Of a DNA stretch of 64,000 nt, positions 18,976 through 27,807 are shown one piece after another. The notes under the pieces are model-generated. The model made no database searches. It was not told the origin of the DNA and saw only the letters and a program-made list of their open reading frames with translations. Made by a program: the position numbers and the translations under genes. The DNA is from a virus, in the IMG/VR virus record IMGVR_UViG_3300044691_000366, positions 3,174-67,173 of that record. One strand, 5' to 3'. Each line of letters starts with the position of its first letter. The stretch's first letter is position 1.

Positions 18976-19311
18976 TCAGAGCACCTCTGCGGTGACAGTG
19001 GCGACGCCGGCTCCGATGATGCCGATCGCGCGGGCCGCAGCGGTCGAGAGATCGAGCACTCGGCCGCGAACGAACGGGCCGCGATCGTTGACCGTGACGA
19101 TGACGCTACGACCGGCGTGGGTGACCCGTAGCTTGGTGCCGAACGGCAGCGAGCGATGGGCGCAGGTCATGGCGTTCTGGTTGAAGCGCTGGCCCGAGGC
19201 TGTTCGACTGCCGGACTCGTTGCCGTAGTAGGAGGCTTTGCCTGTGAAGCTGCCGGCATGGGATGCGCCGCTGATCATCAGGGCGAGCGAAAGGGTGGCG
19301 AGAAACCGCAT
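18976..19311 (-). CDS. rlpA: RlpA-like lytic transglycosylase (DPBB) with signal peptide
   Basis: ASYYG...TASG..F...AMTCAHRSLPFGT...VNDRGPF..GRVLDLS. Confidence 0.92.
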   Translation of the reverse strand: MRFLATLSLALMISGASHAGSFTGKASYYGNESGSRTASGQRFNQNAMTCAHRSLPFGTKLRVTHAGRSVIVTVNDRGPFVRGRVLDLSTAAARAIGIIGAGVATVTAEVL

Positions 19312-19332
19312 TACGAGGAGATCCTTGTTTTG

Positions 19333-19662
19333 TTAGGAGGAGAGGCCGACCGCTTGACGACCACGACGACGCGCCATATCGGCGCGGATTCTTTTGTGCA
19401 GGGAGTCGAGGCGAGCCTGGTGACGCCGCGTGTTCCAGCGGCGGACGAAGCTGATACGACCAATTCGGTCATAGATTGCGACCATGCTGACCACGAGCAG
19501 GTAGATCGCAAGACCGACGAAGAAGCCGACCACGAACCAGATCGCGGGCCAAAACAGCAGAATCGCCCAAGTTTCCCACCTGAGCCAGTCGGTCGGGCCG
19601 AGCAGCGCCAGATTCGTCAGGATGCCGAAGCCCGAATAGAAGGCGAGGAAGGTGATTCTCAT
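19333..19662 (-). CDS. Membrane protein
   Basis: SD AAGGA; 2 TM segments and basic tail. Confidence 0.55.
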   Translation of the reverse strand: MRITFLAFYSGFGILTNLALLGPTDWLRWETWAILLFWPAIWFVVGFFVGLAIYLLVVSMVAIYDRIGRISFVRRWNTRRHQARLDSLHKRIRADMARRRGRQAVGLSS

Positions 19663-19666
19663 GGTG

Positions 19667-20203
19667 TTATTCCTTGCTTGCGACGCGCGCCTTGGCGCGT
19701 TCGAGAATGGCTTCGCGTGCGCTCTGCTCCATGATGCGAAACTCGCCGCTTCGCTCCTGACGTGAGTCATGCCCCTGCTGTTCGAGCATGCCCTTGCGCT
19801 GATGAAAGGCTTCGACAGCGACGGCACAGTTGGCGGCGATCTGCTTTGCTTCGTTGAGGCCCTTCTCCAGGGCGATCACCAGCGGGTGGGCCGTTACACA
19901 GGCGGCCAGATAGGGCTCGGTGAACTTCGAGCCCTTTTCGACGGCGCCGTCGCGGGTGTTGCGATAGACCTTGGCTTCGGCGATTTTCAGCTTCAACTTG
20001 ATGTCGTTGACCTGATGCACAGCCATCGCGTGGAGATCGCCATAGTAGCTGGCGAGTCCGGCTTGCTTCATGAAGGCGTCGTTCAGATCGACCATCGAAT
20101 AGGTCAGATCCGCCTTGAACTTCTCGGCGTCGATGAAGTTCTTGACCTTGAAGACGATCGGCTTCCTCGGCTCGATCGGCAGCGTTTCAGCGATATCGGT
20201 CAT
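19667..20203 (-). CDS. Helical protein, possibly UvsY-like recombination mediator
   Basis: Coiled helical pattern, KFTE motif, genomic context. Confidence 0.5.
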   Translation of the reverse strand: MTDIAETLPIEPRKPIVFKVKNFIDAEKFKADLTYSMVDLNDAFMKQAGLASYYGDLHAMAVHQVNDIKLKLKIAEAKVYRNTRDGAVEKGSKFTEPYLAACVTAHPLVIALEKGLNEAKQIAANCAVAVEAFHQRKGMLEQQGHDSRQERSGEFRIMEQSAREAILERAKARVASKE

Positions 20204-20218
20204 TCGTTCCTCGTGAAC

Positions 20219-20232
20219 AGTCAATTCTTACT
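20219..20232. promoter_or_regulatory. 14-bp palindromic operator
   Basis: AGTCAATTCTTACT; promoter motif at 20240-20261. Confidence 0.78.
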
Positions 20233-20260
20233 GTTTAGTTATAGCAAAAAGATCGAGGGT

Positions 20261-21415
20261 TTAGTCGATCAGCGTGGCGACCTGGGCGAACACCTCGTTG
20301 AGGGGTATCTGCTTGTCCGGGTCGTAGAAAATCTCGCCGGGGTTGAAGCCGATGATCATGTTGGCATCGAGTTCCTTGTTGTAGACGATCTTGCCCGCGG
20401 CGTCGGATGCCTTGCCCTTCAGATCGGGCATGAAGTGGCGAACGATCGCAGAGCCCATCAGCACGATCACGGGCGGCTTGATCAGGTCGATTTCCATGCG
20501 CAAGTAGGGCAGATATGCCTCGATCTCCTGGGCCGAGACCTGTTTGCCGGACTTCGGCCGCTTGATTAGCGCGGTCCAGTAGGCGTCGCCCCGGTTCAAC
20601 CCGGCTTCGGCGAGCGCTACAAGGGTGGTGCCAAAGCTGTCGCCCCAGGCCATCTGGCCGATTCGCTCCTCCTGGCTCGTCGGGCAGTCGCTGATGACCA
20701 TGAAGCGCGCCTGCTTGCCGAGCATCGGTTTGATCTGCTCGCCGTCGTCCTTCTTCTCGTCGCGGTATTTGACGACGATCTCGCCGAGCTTGGCCGCGGT
20801 GTATTTGTCCTTCAGCATGCCGCGGTCGACCGGCACGGTGTCGGTGATCAGCCCTGGGATCAGATCGCGCTGATCCTTGATGCGCAGCGGGTCGCGCTGC
20901 GCGGGCAGGGTCGGGTCGATGCTCGAAAAGGCGCCGATTTTGTTGAGGATTTCGACATGACCCTTGTGACAGGCCCGCTTTTCGACTCGACTGTTGAGGT
21001 CTGCGACACTTTCGAACTTTTTGGACCCTCTTGCTTTGACGATCGCTTCCGAGGTTCGCGACGCGATGCCCTTGATGCGGTTGAAGGGGATGCAGAGCAG
21101 GGTGTCGGTGAGAATTTCGAACTCGCCCGAGGACATATTGATGTCGGGGAGCATGATCTCGACGCCGGCAGCCTGAGCATCCTTTAATATGGCGGGCAAT
21201 TCTTCCGCCTTAAGCAAGCTTAGCGCTGCGGCGAAGAACTCGACCGGGAAGTTGGTCTTGAGCCACATCACCTCGTAGGAGATCAGCGTGTAGGTTACGG
21301 AATGGGCCTTATTGAAGCCATATCCCGCAAACCCTTCGATCTTGTCGAAGAGGTCACCGGCAAGAGTGGGTTCGAGCGCCGGCTTGATCGAAGTCTTGGA
21401 GACGATTTTAGGCAT
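20261..21415 (-). CDS. dnaE: DNA polymerase III alpha, C-terminal half, fused to a UDG-like domain
   Basis: FAGYGFNKAHS, WLKTNFPVEF, PDINMS, HhH IKGI; C-terminal YWTALIKR...EIDLIKPPVIVLMG (UDG family 4-like). Confidence 0.9.
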   Translation of the reverse strand: MPKIVSKTSIKPALEPTLAGDLFDKIEGFAGYGFNKAHSVTYTLISYEVMWLKTNFPVEFFAAALSLLKAEELPAILKDAQAAGVEIMLPDINMSSGEFEILTDTLLCIPFNRIKGIASRTSEAIVKARGSKKFESVADLNSRVEKRACHKGHVEILNKIGAFSSIDPTLPAQRDPLRIKDQRDLIPGLITDTVPVDRGMLKDKYTAAKLGEIVVKYRDEKKDDGEQIKPMLGKQARFMVISDCPTSQEERIGQMAWGDSFGTTLVALAEAGLNRGDAYWTALIKRPKSGKQVSAQEIEAYLPYLRMEIDLIKPPVIVLMGSAIVRHFMPDLKGKASDAAGKIVYNKELDANMIIGFNPGEIFYDPDKQIPLNEVFAQVATLID

Positions 21416-22088
21416 ACCGAACAAGATCCTCGAATGGGAAGTTTGCAGCCAGAAGCCATGCTCGCTGATCGAGACACTGGTCTTTGCGCATAGCGACGTG
21501 GAGTAGGGTGTGATGTTTCGAGGAAAGCACCAGCAGATTGATCGGCCCGTTATTCTTTCGATCGAGGTCGACGTGGTGAACCTGTTCCTTCGTGAGCAGC
21601 TTTCGCTTCAGGAGCGCCTCTGCGACGCGACGGTGTTCATATTTGCGCTGTTTGCCGCCGCCCGACTGCTCGTAGCCGCCTGTGACGTGTCCGCCCTTCC
21701 ATCGATTCGATTGTTCGCGAAACTTGCCGCGTTTGTTAGCGGCTTGAAGCGCACGAAGCTCGGAGCTACCCCGGCGCATCTTCTTTTCGTTGCGGTCTCG
21801 AATCGAGCCTGGAACTCGAATTCCCTTTCGCGCTTGAGGCCGAATACCTTCGCGACACAAAAACCCTCGATCGCGAAAAATGCCGTGTGCCTGAAGGTAG
21901 CGCCGTGTCTGAATGACGCTACATTTCATCTCCGCAGCGAGGACATCGATGATCGCGGCGTCGTCTATGTAGCGCCCGCGCGCCCACATCGGGTCGATAT
22001 GGCCCATCAGCTCGCCACGAGCCATTTTAGCCTGCTGATCGAGTTTGATGGCGTTCGCTTTAGAGTTGCCGCGCGCTGTATCTGACAT
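21408..22088 (-). CDS. Free-standing HNH homing endonuclease between the dnaE halves
   Basis: WKGG, YEHRRVAE...VHHVDLDRKNN...NL. Confidence 0.88.
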   Translation of the reverse strand: MSDTARGNSKANAIKLDQQAKMARGELMGHIDPMWARGRYIDDAAIIDVLAAEMKCSVIQTRRYLQAHGIFRDRGFLCREGIRPQARKGIRVPGSIRDRNEKKMRRGSSELRALQAANKRGKFREQSNRWKGGHVTGGYEQSGGGKQRKYEHRRVAEALLKRKLLTKEQVHHVDLDRKNNGPINLLVLSSKHHTLLHVAMRKDQCLDQRAWLLAANFPFEDLVRYA

Positions 22089-22096
22089 ACTGTAGT

Positions 22097-24484
22097 TTAC
22101 TGCTTAACTACAGGAAAACAAAGAGAAAAATCGCTTTTCTCTATTTCTTCCAAGCTGTGAAATCCACCTTCCTCGACCTGGTATTTTTCGTTGGATCGAA
22201 GGTCTACGGTCGAGCCATTGTCTAGCTTCACCGAGAAGATTTCAGCCTCACAGCCCGAAATAAATTTCCCCTTCTCCTTCGCCATTTCGAGCGGGAGCTT
22301 TTTACCCATGATCTTGCGGAGCTTGTCAGCATCCGGCCCTGAGTAGCCCGCAAGCGCTCTGGACGCCTGCATCACTTCTTCCTGGTATACGAAAACGCCG
22401 TATGTATCTTTCAGAATTGGTTCGAGCAGCGGGTGATCATACTCAATGGCTTCGACGCCCTGCTTTCTTTTGAAAAAGCTATCCATCATGCCCGACTCCA
22501 TCGGACCCGGTCGATACAGCGCGGTCGCAGCCGTAATATCGTCGAAGGTGATGACGCCGTCCTTGCCGAGTTCCTTCAGTAGCCGGCGCATGCCGCCCGA
22601 GGCGAACTGGAAGACGCCCGTCGTCTTGCCGGCAGCGAACTGCGCCAGCACCTTTTCGTCGTCGAGCGGAATGCGAAGCAGGTTGACGTGCTTGGCGTGT
22701 CGCTTCTTGATGTATTTGAGAGTCAAATCAATGAGATCCAGGGTCGATAGGCCCAAAATGTCGACCTTGACCAGGCCCTGATCCTCGACGATGCGCTTGT
22801 CCCAATTGAGGGTGTCGCCGTCCTTTCGCCGCTCGATAACGCCGCGCTCGGTCAGATCCACTCCGCCGACGACGATACCGGCGGCGTGCCGCCCGTAGTT
22901 CGTCATGGTGTCTTCGAGCCGCACCATCACGTCCCAGGGGCCGGGTGCGCCCGGCGTGCCCTTCCATTTGTCGCGGAAGGCGCCGATCTCCGACACCATG
23001 TCGGCCGCCTTGGGCAGCGGGATGTTGGCGCCGTGCGCTTTCGGGGTGAATTTCGAGCAGCGGTAGTCGTCCTCGCTCAGACCGAGGGCCTTGCCGACGT
23101 TGCGAATCGATGAGGCGGCTGCGAGGGTCGAGAAGTTGGAGATGCCGGCGACGCGCGCCTGACCATACTTCCCGATCAGGTATTCGATTATTTCGTGGCG
23201 TCGCTCGGACATGAAGTCGAGGTCGGCGTCGGGAAGATCGATTCGGTCGGGGTTGATGAACCGCTCAAAAAGTAGGCCAAAACGAATGGGATCACAATCA
23301 GTGATGCCAGTAAGGTAAGCAACAAGGGAACCTCCCACGGAGCCACGGCCAGGGCCGACAAGGATGCCATTTGTTTTCGCATAGTCGACGATGTCCTTGA
23401 CCAGGAGAAAGTAGCCGGAGAAGCCCAGCTTCTTGAGAACGCTCAATTCGTAGACTAGCCGCGGGGCATAAACGTCCCGCAGTTCGTCCGTCGTCGGCTT
23501 GTGCCCGAATGTCGTCTGACCCATTCGCGCGCCCCAGCCCTTCTTACAGGCGATCTTGAGGGCCTCGTATTCGTCGGGCGCCATGACGGGCAGCGCGATC
23601 GGGGCTTTCGACCAGGACCAGGTGATCCGGGCGACGAAACCATCGGTGTTTTCGAGCGCGATCTTCCATTGCCCAGTGCTGACGGTCATGTATCGCCCAG
23701 GCAAACGTTTGGCCGAGGCAACCAGCTCCCCGAGAAACTCTTTCTGACCCATCGGATGCAGGTTGCGCATCTCAGGCGCCTGGATCCACAGATCGCTCAT
23801 GCGGATATTGCGCGAGACGGCGTTCTTGATGTCAGCGGCGTCCGCGCCGCCCTGCTCGTAGAGCACGGGACGGGTCGCGAGCGTGGGCAAACCCTGGTCG
23901 CCGGCGATCTTGAGCGCTTCGGCGTTCATGCGGTCGAAATAGGGTGTGTCGATCGGCGTCAGCGTCATAAAGACGCTTTCCTTACCGATCAGCGCCACGA
24001 TGTTCTTGAACACGATGCCAGCTTGCGGATGGGCAACCAGGCTGTTGGTGTCGCCCGAGGCGATCGCGACGTCATCGCCGGTCAGATCACCGAGCGTGTC
24101 GAGAAAATCCTGAATGCCGAGCTTCGCCGTGTAGTAGAAATGCGCCTCATCGTTGGCGAGCGACAGCAGCTTGAACAGCGCCACCAGGCCCTTTTCCGAG
24201 CGCACGTAATAGGTCACGAACCATTCGCCGGGCAGCTTCGACTTTTCGCCCTTCGGCTTGCGCCAATTGTGATCGTCCACCAGGCGCAGCCGGCAGCCGA
24301 CGATCGGTTTGATCTCGGCCTTCTTAGCCCGATTGGTGAAGTCGATCAGCCCGGTGACGGACATGGTGTCGGTTAAACCGACAGCAGTGGCGCCGGCGAG
24401 CTTCGCCTGGTCGATCAGCTCCTCGACCGTGAGAATGCTTTCGCCGATCGAGAAGGTGGAGCGCGCTGCGAGAACGGTATGCAT
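22097..24484 (-). CDS. dnaE: DNA polymerase III alpha, N-terminal half (PHP, palm, part of fingers) with a 51-aa intein-like tail
   Basis: GPGRGS, FERFINPDR, PDADLD, GRHAAG, KVDILGL, RPGP, YQE, ADKLRK. Confidence 0.95.
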   Translation of the reverse strand: MHTVLAARSTFSIGESILTVEELIDQAKLAGATAVGLTDTMSVTGLIDFTNRAKKAEIKPIVGCRLRLVDDHNWRKPKGEKSKLPGEWFVTYYVRSEKGLVALFKLLSLANDEAHFYYTAKLGIQDFLDTLGDLTGDDVAIASGDTNSLVAHPQAGIVFKNIVALIGKESVFMTLTPIDTPYFDRMNAEALKIAGDQGLPTLATRPVLYEQGGADAADIKNAVSRNIRMSDLWIQAPEMRNLHPMGQKEFLGELVASAKRLPGRYMTVSTGQWKIALENTDGFVARITWSWSKAPIALPVMAPDEYEALKIACKKGWGARMGQTTFGHKPTTDELRDVYAPRLVYELSVLKKLGFSGYFLLVKDIVDYAKTNGILVGPGRGSVGGSLVAYLTGITDCDPIRFGLLFERFINPDRIDLPDADLDFMSERRHEIIEYLIGKYGQARVAGISNFSTLAAASSIRNVGKALGLSEDDYRCSKFTPKAHGANIPLPKAADMVSEIGAFRDKWKGTPGAPGPWDVMVRLEDTMTNYGRHAAGIVVGGVDLTERGVIERRKDGDTLNWDKRIVEDQGLVKVDILGLSTLDLIDLTLKYIKKRHAKHVNLLRIPLDDEKVLAQFAAGKTTGVFQFASGGMRRLLKELGKDGVITFDDITAATALYRPGPMESGMMDSFFKRKQGVEAIEYDHPLLEPILKDTYGVFVYQEEVMQASRALAGYSGPDADKLRKIMGKKLPLEMAKEKGKFISGCEAEIFSVKLDNGSTVDLRSNEKYQVEEGGFHSLEEIEKSDFSLCFPVVKQ

Positions 24485-24588
24485 TACTGTTTCACCTGAT
24501 AGCAAATAGGAGCTTTCTCCAGCTTGTCGACGATCTGACCGATGTAGTAGAGACTGATAATCATGCCGACGAATGTTATAGTTTTCAT
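24484..24588 (-). CDS. Small membrane peptide
   Basis: SD GAGG, MKTITFVG..., TAATG-coupled to dnaE. Confidence 0.45.
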   Translation of the reverse strand: MKTITFVGMIISLYYIGQIVDKLEKAPICYQVKQ

Positions 24589-24818
24589 GTGAACCTCACT
24601 GCTGAATAGGTGCCGGTGACCGCGCCTGCGATTGCAGGCAACAGCATCCAGGGATTTGTCGTGTAGCTGATGGCAGCGAAGCCACTGAGCCCGATGATGA
24701 CGCCGGCATAGCCGGACGCTTGCCAGGGCCATCGAGCGGTGATCGCCTGAGTGTAGCGCGCCCACACAAAATCGAGCGTGAACAGCGCCGCGAATACCGT
24801 GATGCCCTCGATGATCAC
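24585..24818 (-). CDS. Small multi-TM membrane protein
   Basis: GTGA overlap; hydrophobic. Confidence 0.5.
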   Translation of the reverse strand: MIIEGITVFAALFTLDFVWARYTQAITARWPWQASGYAGVIIGLSGFAAISYTTNPWMLLPAIAGAVTGTYSAVRFT

Positions 24819-25342
24819 TGAAAATTCCTCAGTCGCAGCGATCCGTCGACCTCGTTGGCCGCGCCGACAGCCTTGAGATACTGCACCGCCTGAATGACGT
24901 GGGCGTCGGCCGTGCCCTTGCTCCAGTTCAGCTTGGACATGAAGCAGGTGCAGAGCAGATCGCGGCTGATCCCCATCGGCAGTTTGAGCAGCAGATGACA
25001 GGTCACGCGCAGAAACGAGGGCCGGGTAGTGAACGGGTTCAGGCCCTGCGCCAGCGCTTCGGTGACCTTGATGCCGGCGGCGTCGATGCGCGTCATCAAT
25101 TCTGCCACCTTCTTGGGCAGGTTGAGCGCGAGCGCCGTGGGACTGACGGTTGGGTTTTTCACCAGGCGCTTCGGTGGCGCCACCTTGACGACGATACCCA
25201 TCTCGGCGCGAATACGTTCGAGCTGCAGGGCCGCCTTGGGGCCGCAGGTCGCGCCGAACGGGCAGGTCGAGCACTCGTTGCTTTCCGCCTTGAACAGCGT
25301 TCCCATGCCGTAGCAGCCGGGCGCTCCAGAGATTTCAAGCAT
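24815..25342 (-). CDS. Hypothetical protein with N-terminal Cys cluster
   Basis: PGCYG...CSTCPF...C. Confidence 0.65.
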   Translation of the reverse strand: MLEISGAPGCYGMGTLFKAESNECSTCPFGATCGPKAALQLERIRAEMGIVVKVAPPKRLVKNPTVSPTALALNLPKKVAELMTRIDAAGIKVTEALAQGLNPFTTRPSFLRVTCHLLLKLPMGISRDLLCTCFMSKLNWSKGTADAHVIQAVQYLKAVGAANEVDGSLRLRNFQ

Positions 25343-26003
25343 CAGCCATTTGCTCCAGATTCATGATCAGCCGGACTTCGCCCATGATGGCCGCCCGTTG
25401 TTTTGCGTTTGCGCCCATGACGTCGAAAATCAGCGACATCGAGAGCTTTTTGAGGAAGAAGCCGGCTGCGAGCCCGCGCTCGGCGGCGAATTGCTTCTTC
25501 GCCTGCTGTGCTTCGAGGATCGCCATGATCTGCGGGGGCGGGCTCTCGAGGATTTCCATGAACTTGCGGGCGTCGGCCGACAGGCATTCGAGGTTCTGCT
25601 CGCGCGCGTCCTTGCGCTCCAGGATTTCGAAGGCGCTGTCGCTCTGATCCGGCGTGACACCGTGGGCATCGCTCTCGAACTCGCCGGTCAGCGGCGCATC
25701 CAGGTCGAGGTGACCCCAGCCGTGCTCAAGAATTTCCTTGTCCGCCCAGCGATTGATGTGGTTGCGGACGCCATTGGCGAGATAGGCTCCGAACGGCACC
25801 TGCTTGATCGTGCCGTCATCCAGTGTAATCTCGGGCTTCCATTTGTCGCGCGCGATGCACCAGGCGATGCAGCACTCCTGAAAAATGTCCTGTAACTGGG
25901 TCGACTGGCCGCCGCAGCTAAAGACGCGCCGGTGAACCCGATGCGCCCAGTGCATCAGAAGACCCTTGTGGTCCTCGAACTCGATTATGTAATTCGAGTT
26001 CAT
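25335..26003 (-). CDS. Sigma-70 region 2-like protein (putative phage sigma factor)
   Basis: FEDHKGLL...QDIFQECCIAWCIARDKWKPE...FGAYLANGVRNHI resembles the DLxQE...FxTY...IRN pattern. Confidence 0.65.
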   Translation of the reverse strand: MNSNYIIEFEDHKGLLMHWAHRVHRRVFSCGGQSTQLQDIFQECCIAWCIARDKWKPEITLDDGTIKQVPFGAYLANGVRNHINRWADKEILEHGWGHLDLDAPLTGEFESDAHGVTPDQSDSAFEILERKDAREQNLECLSADARKFMEILESPPPQIMAILEAQQAKKQFAAERGLAAGFFLKKLSMSLIFDVMGANAKQRAAIMGEVRLIMNLEQMADA

Positions 26004-27175
26004 CCGAAGATCCGCTGTGCGAAGGCCTTGACGACCTCGCGATCGACAGTGGACAGACGATTTGCGAACGCCATCATCAGGCCGCCGCTCCAGTCGCTAC
26101 CGCGCACCATGCCCAGCCTGCCGGCGTTGATCAGTTCGCGCGGCGAGACCGTGCTGGAGATCAGTCGGCCGACGAACGCCTTGCGAACCTCGGTTGCGAA
26201 CGAAACCAGCTTCTTGGCGTCGTCCAGGCGAATGTTCGCCTGGCCCGCGACGATCGCGGCCTCGACCTTCGCTTCGGGATAATCGACCTGCTCGGTGATG
26301 CCAAAGCGCGAGAAGTTCGCGGCGTTCATGATCTGGGTGCCCTGATAGAGCCCCGTGTCGTCGCCGCCGCCGTTGGTGTTGCCGGTGCCGACGAAGCGAA
26401 AGTTCGGATGCGGCTTGATCACGCGCCATTCGAGCGGCGCTTCCTTGATGATCAGGCTCTTGCCTTCGAGCACCGGCTGGTAGACGGCGGTGACGTGGGG
26501 CAGGGCGAAATCGTATTCGTCGGCGCAGTAGACCGCGCCCATCAGCATCGCCATCGGCAGCGGGCCGAGCGCAAAGCGCGTCACAGCGGCGCCGGCGGCG
26601 TTGCTCTCGACGACCATCTGACCGAGAATGTGGCTCTCTTCGGTGTTGACCGTGTGCTGAACGCGCATGAACGCGCGACCGGTGCGGCACGCCGCCTGCT
26701 CGGGCAGGGTCGACTTGCCCGAACCATGCAGGCCCCAGAGATAGACGGGGATGTTGAGTTCGAAGCCCAGGATGACGGACTTTGTCAGCTCGATCGGGAA
26801 CACGTATTTCGCGTCCAGCTCGGGCAGATAGACCCTCTCCTCGGCCGTGAAGTTGCTCGGCTCGAAGTAGCGCAGCATGATCTGTTCGCCACGCGGGTTC
26901 TTGAGCTTGTCGGCCGGCATGCCGAACAGTTCAGCCATCGACTTGCGGGGAACGGAGGCGACTGCGACTTCCGCAGCCTTCTCGGCGCGGCTCAGACGCA
27001 CAGCGTCCATTGCGGTCTGCGACAGCAGCGGTTCACCAGGGAACTCGGCGCTGTAGCGCGCGACGGTCCAGACGCCAGCGTGGTTCTTGCTGATGTGGTT
27101 TTTGATCGAGTGGCACAGCGCGTTATCGATCTTGCAGATGATCCGCGTGTCGGATGTCGTATCGGCCGTCGTCAT
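26000..27175 (-). CDS. cobS: CobS/MoxR-type AAA+ ATPase with N-terminal C2H2-like finger
   Basis: GLHGSGKS, ADEYD, HPNFRFVGTGNT, NAANFSRF. Confidence 0.88.
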   Translation of the reverse strand: MTTADTTSDTRIICKIDNALCHSIKNHISKNHAGVWTVARYSAEFPGEPLLSQTAMDAVRLSRAEKAAEVAVASVPRKSMAELFGMPADKLKNPRGEQIMLRYFEPSNFTAEERVYLPELDAKYVFPIELTKSVILGFELNIPVYLWGLHGSGKSTLPEQAACRTGRAFMRVQHTVNTEESHILGQMVVESNAAGAAVTRFALGPLPMAMLMGAVYCADEYDFALPHVTAVYQPVLEGKSLIIKEAPLEWRVIKPHPNFRFVGTGNTNGGGDDTGLYQGTQIMNAANFSRFGITEQVDYPEAKVEAAIVAGQANIRLDDAKKLVSFATEVRKAFVGRLISSTVSPRELINAGRLGMVRGSDWSGGLMMAFANRLSTVDREVVKAFAQRIFG

Positions 27176-27235
27176 TAAAATTCCCCTGTGTCTCTGTGTG
27201 CAAGATCAACTTGCACGAAATTATCGTGGAAAACA

Positions 27236-27249
27236 AGTCAATAGTGACT
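27236..27249. promoter_or_regulatory. 14-bp palindromic operator upstream of cobS
   Basis: AGTCAATAGTGACT. Confidence 0.8.
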
Positions 27250-27800
27250 TACTTTTCGAGGGACAATCGAAGGGCTTCATCCAAATTGGATCGAACCTCA
27301 TCGATATCGGCCGCCTCCTCGAACACCTTGCTCGTGTTGTCGGTGAGCCATTCGCCGAGCACCTCGACCGCTTTCTGGACTGCGATTTGCAGCGGCGTCA
27401 GCACGGGCTCAGGACGGTGAACCAGCGTCAGCTCGCGCAGGTCGATCCAGCGGGGATCCCACTCGTGGTCATTCTTGTGAAGGAGCGCGCGCTGAAAATC
27501 CCGTGTCTCCTCGATCTCCGAGATGATCGCGGTCTCGGTCAGGGTATTCGGCGGCTTGCCACCGATCGTCCATTTGTAGGAGACGGTGTCGCGGGGCTGG
27601 AACATTCCCCGTGGGACTGGCGGAGCGGGATCCGGTTGGGCATAGGCGCAGTCCGCACACGAATATGCACGTTTGGCGCCGATGAAGTATTTGCCGCAGC
27701 CACCGCCGCACTTATTGATGTAGCCGCCTGGCGCCCAGCCGTGCCGATGTGGTCGCGGATCTTCGCGCTTGCAGTCCTCAAGTCCGATCGGCTTCTTCAT
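27249..27800 (-). CDS. Hypothetical protein with Zn-ribbon
   Basis: GWAPGGY..KC...C...FIG.KRA..CADCA. Confidence 0.6.
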   Translation of the reverse strand: MKKPIGLEDCKREDPRPHRHGWAPGGYINKCGGGCGKYFIGAKRAYSCADCAYAQPDPAPPVPRGMFQPRDTVSYKWTIGGKPPNTLTETAIISEIEETRDFQRALLHKNDHEWDPRWIDLRELTLVHRPEPVLTPLQIAVQKAVEVLGEWLTDNTSKVFEEAADIDEVRSNLDEALRLSLEK

Positions 27801-27807
27801 TGTGTCC

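Noticed and set aside
21408-22252. Group I/II intron or canonical trans-splicing split intein in dnaE
   Set aside because: The HNH ORF fills the gap (8 nt from the N-half stop, overlapping the C-half start), leaving no room for a ribozyme core outside the ORFs; intein blocks A, F, G and the +1 nucleophile are missing
20261-24484. dnaE as a pseudogene
   Set aside because: Catalytic motifs are intact, little or no DnaE sequence appears lost at the break, and the C-half has its own SD and ATG
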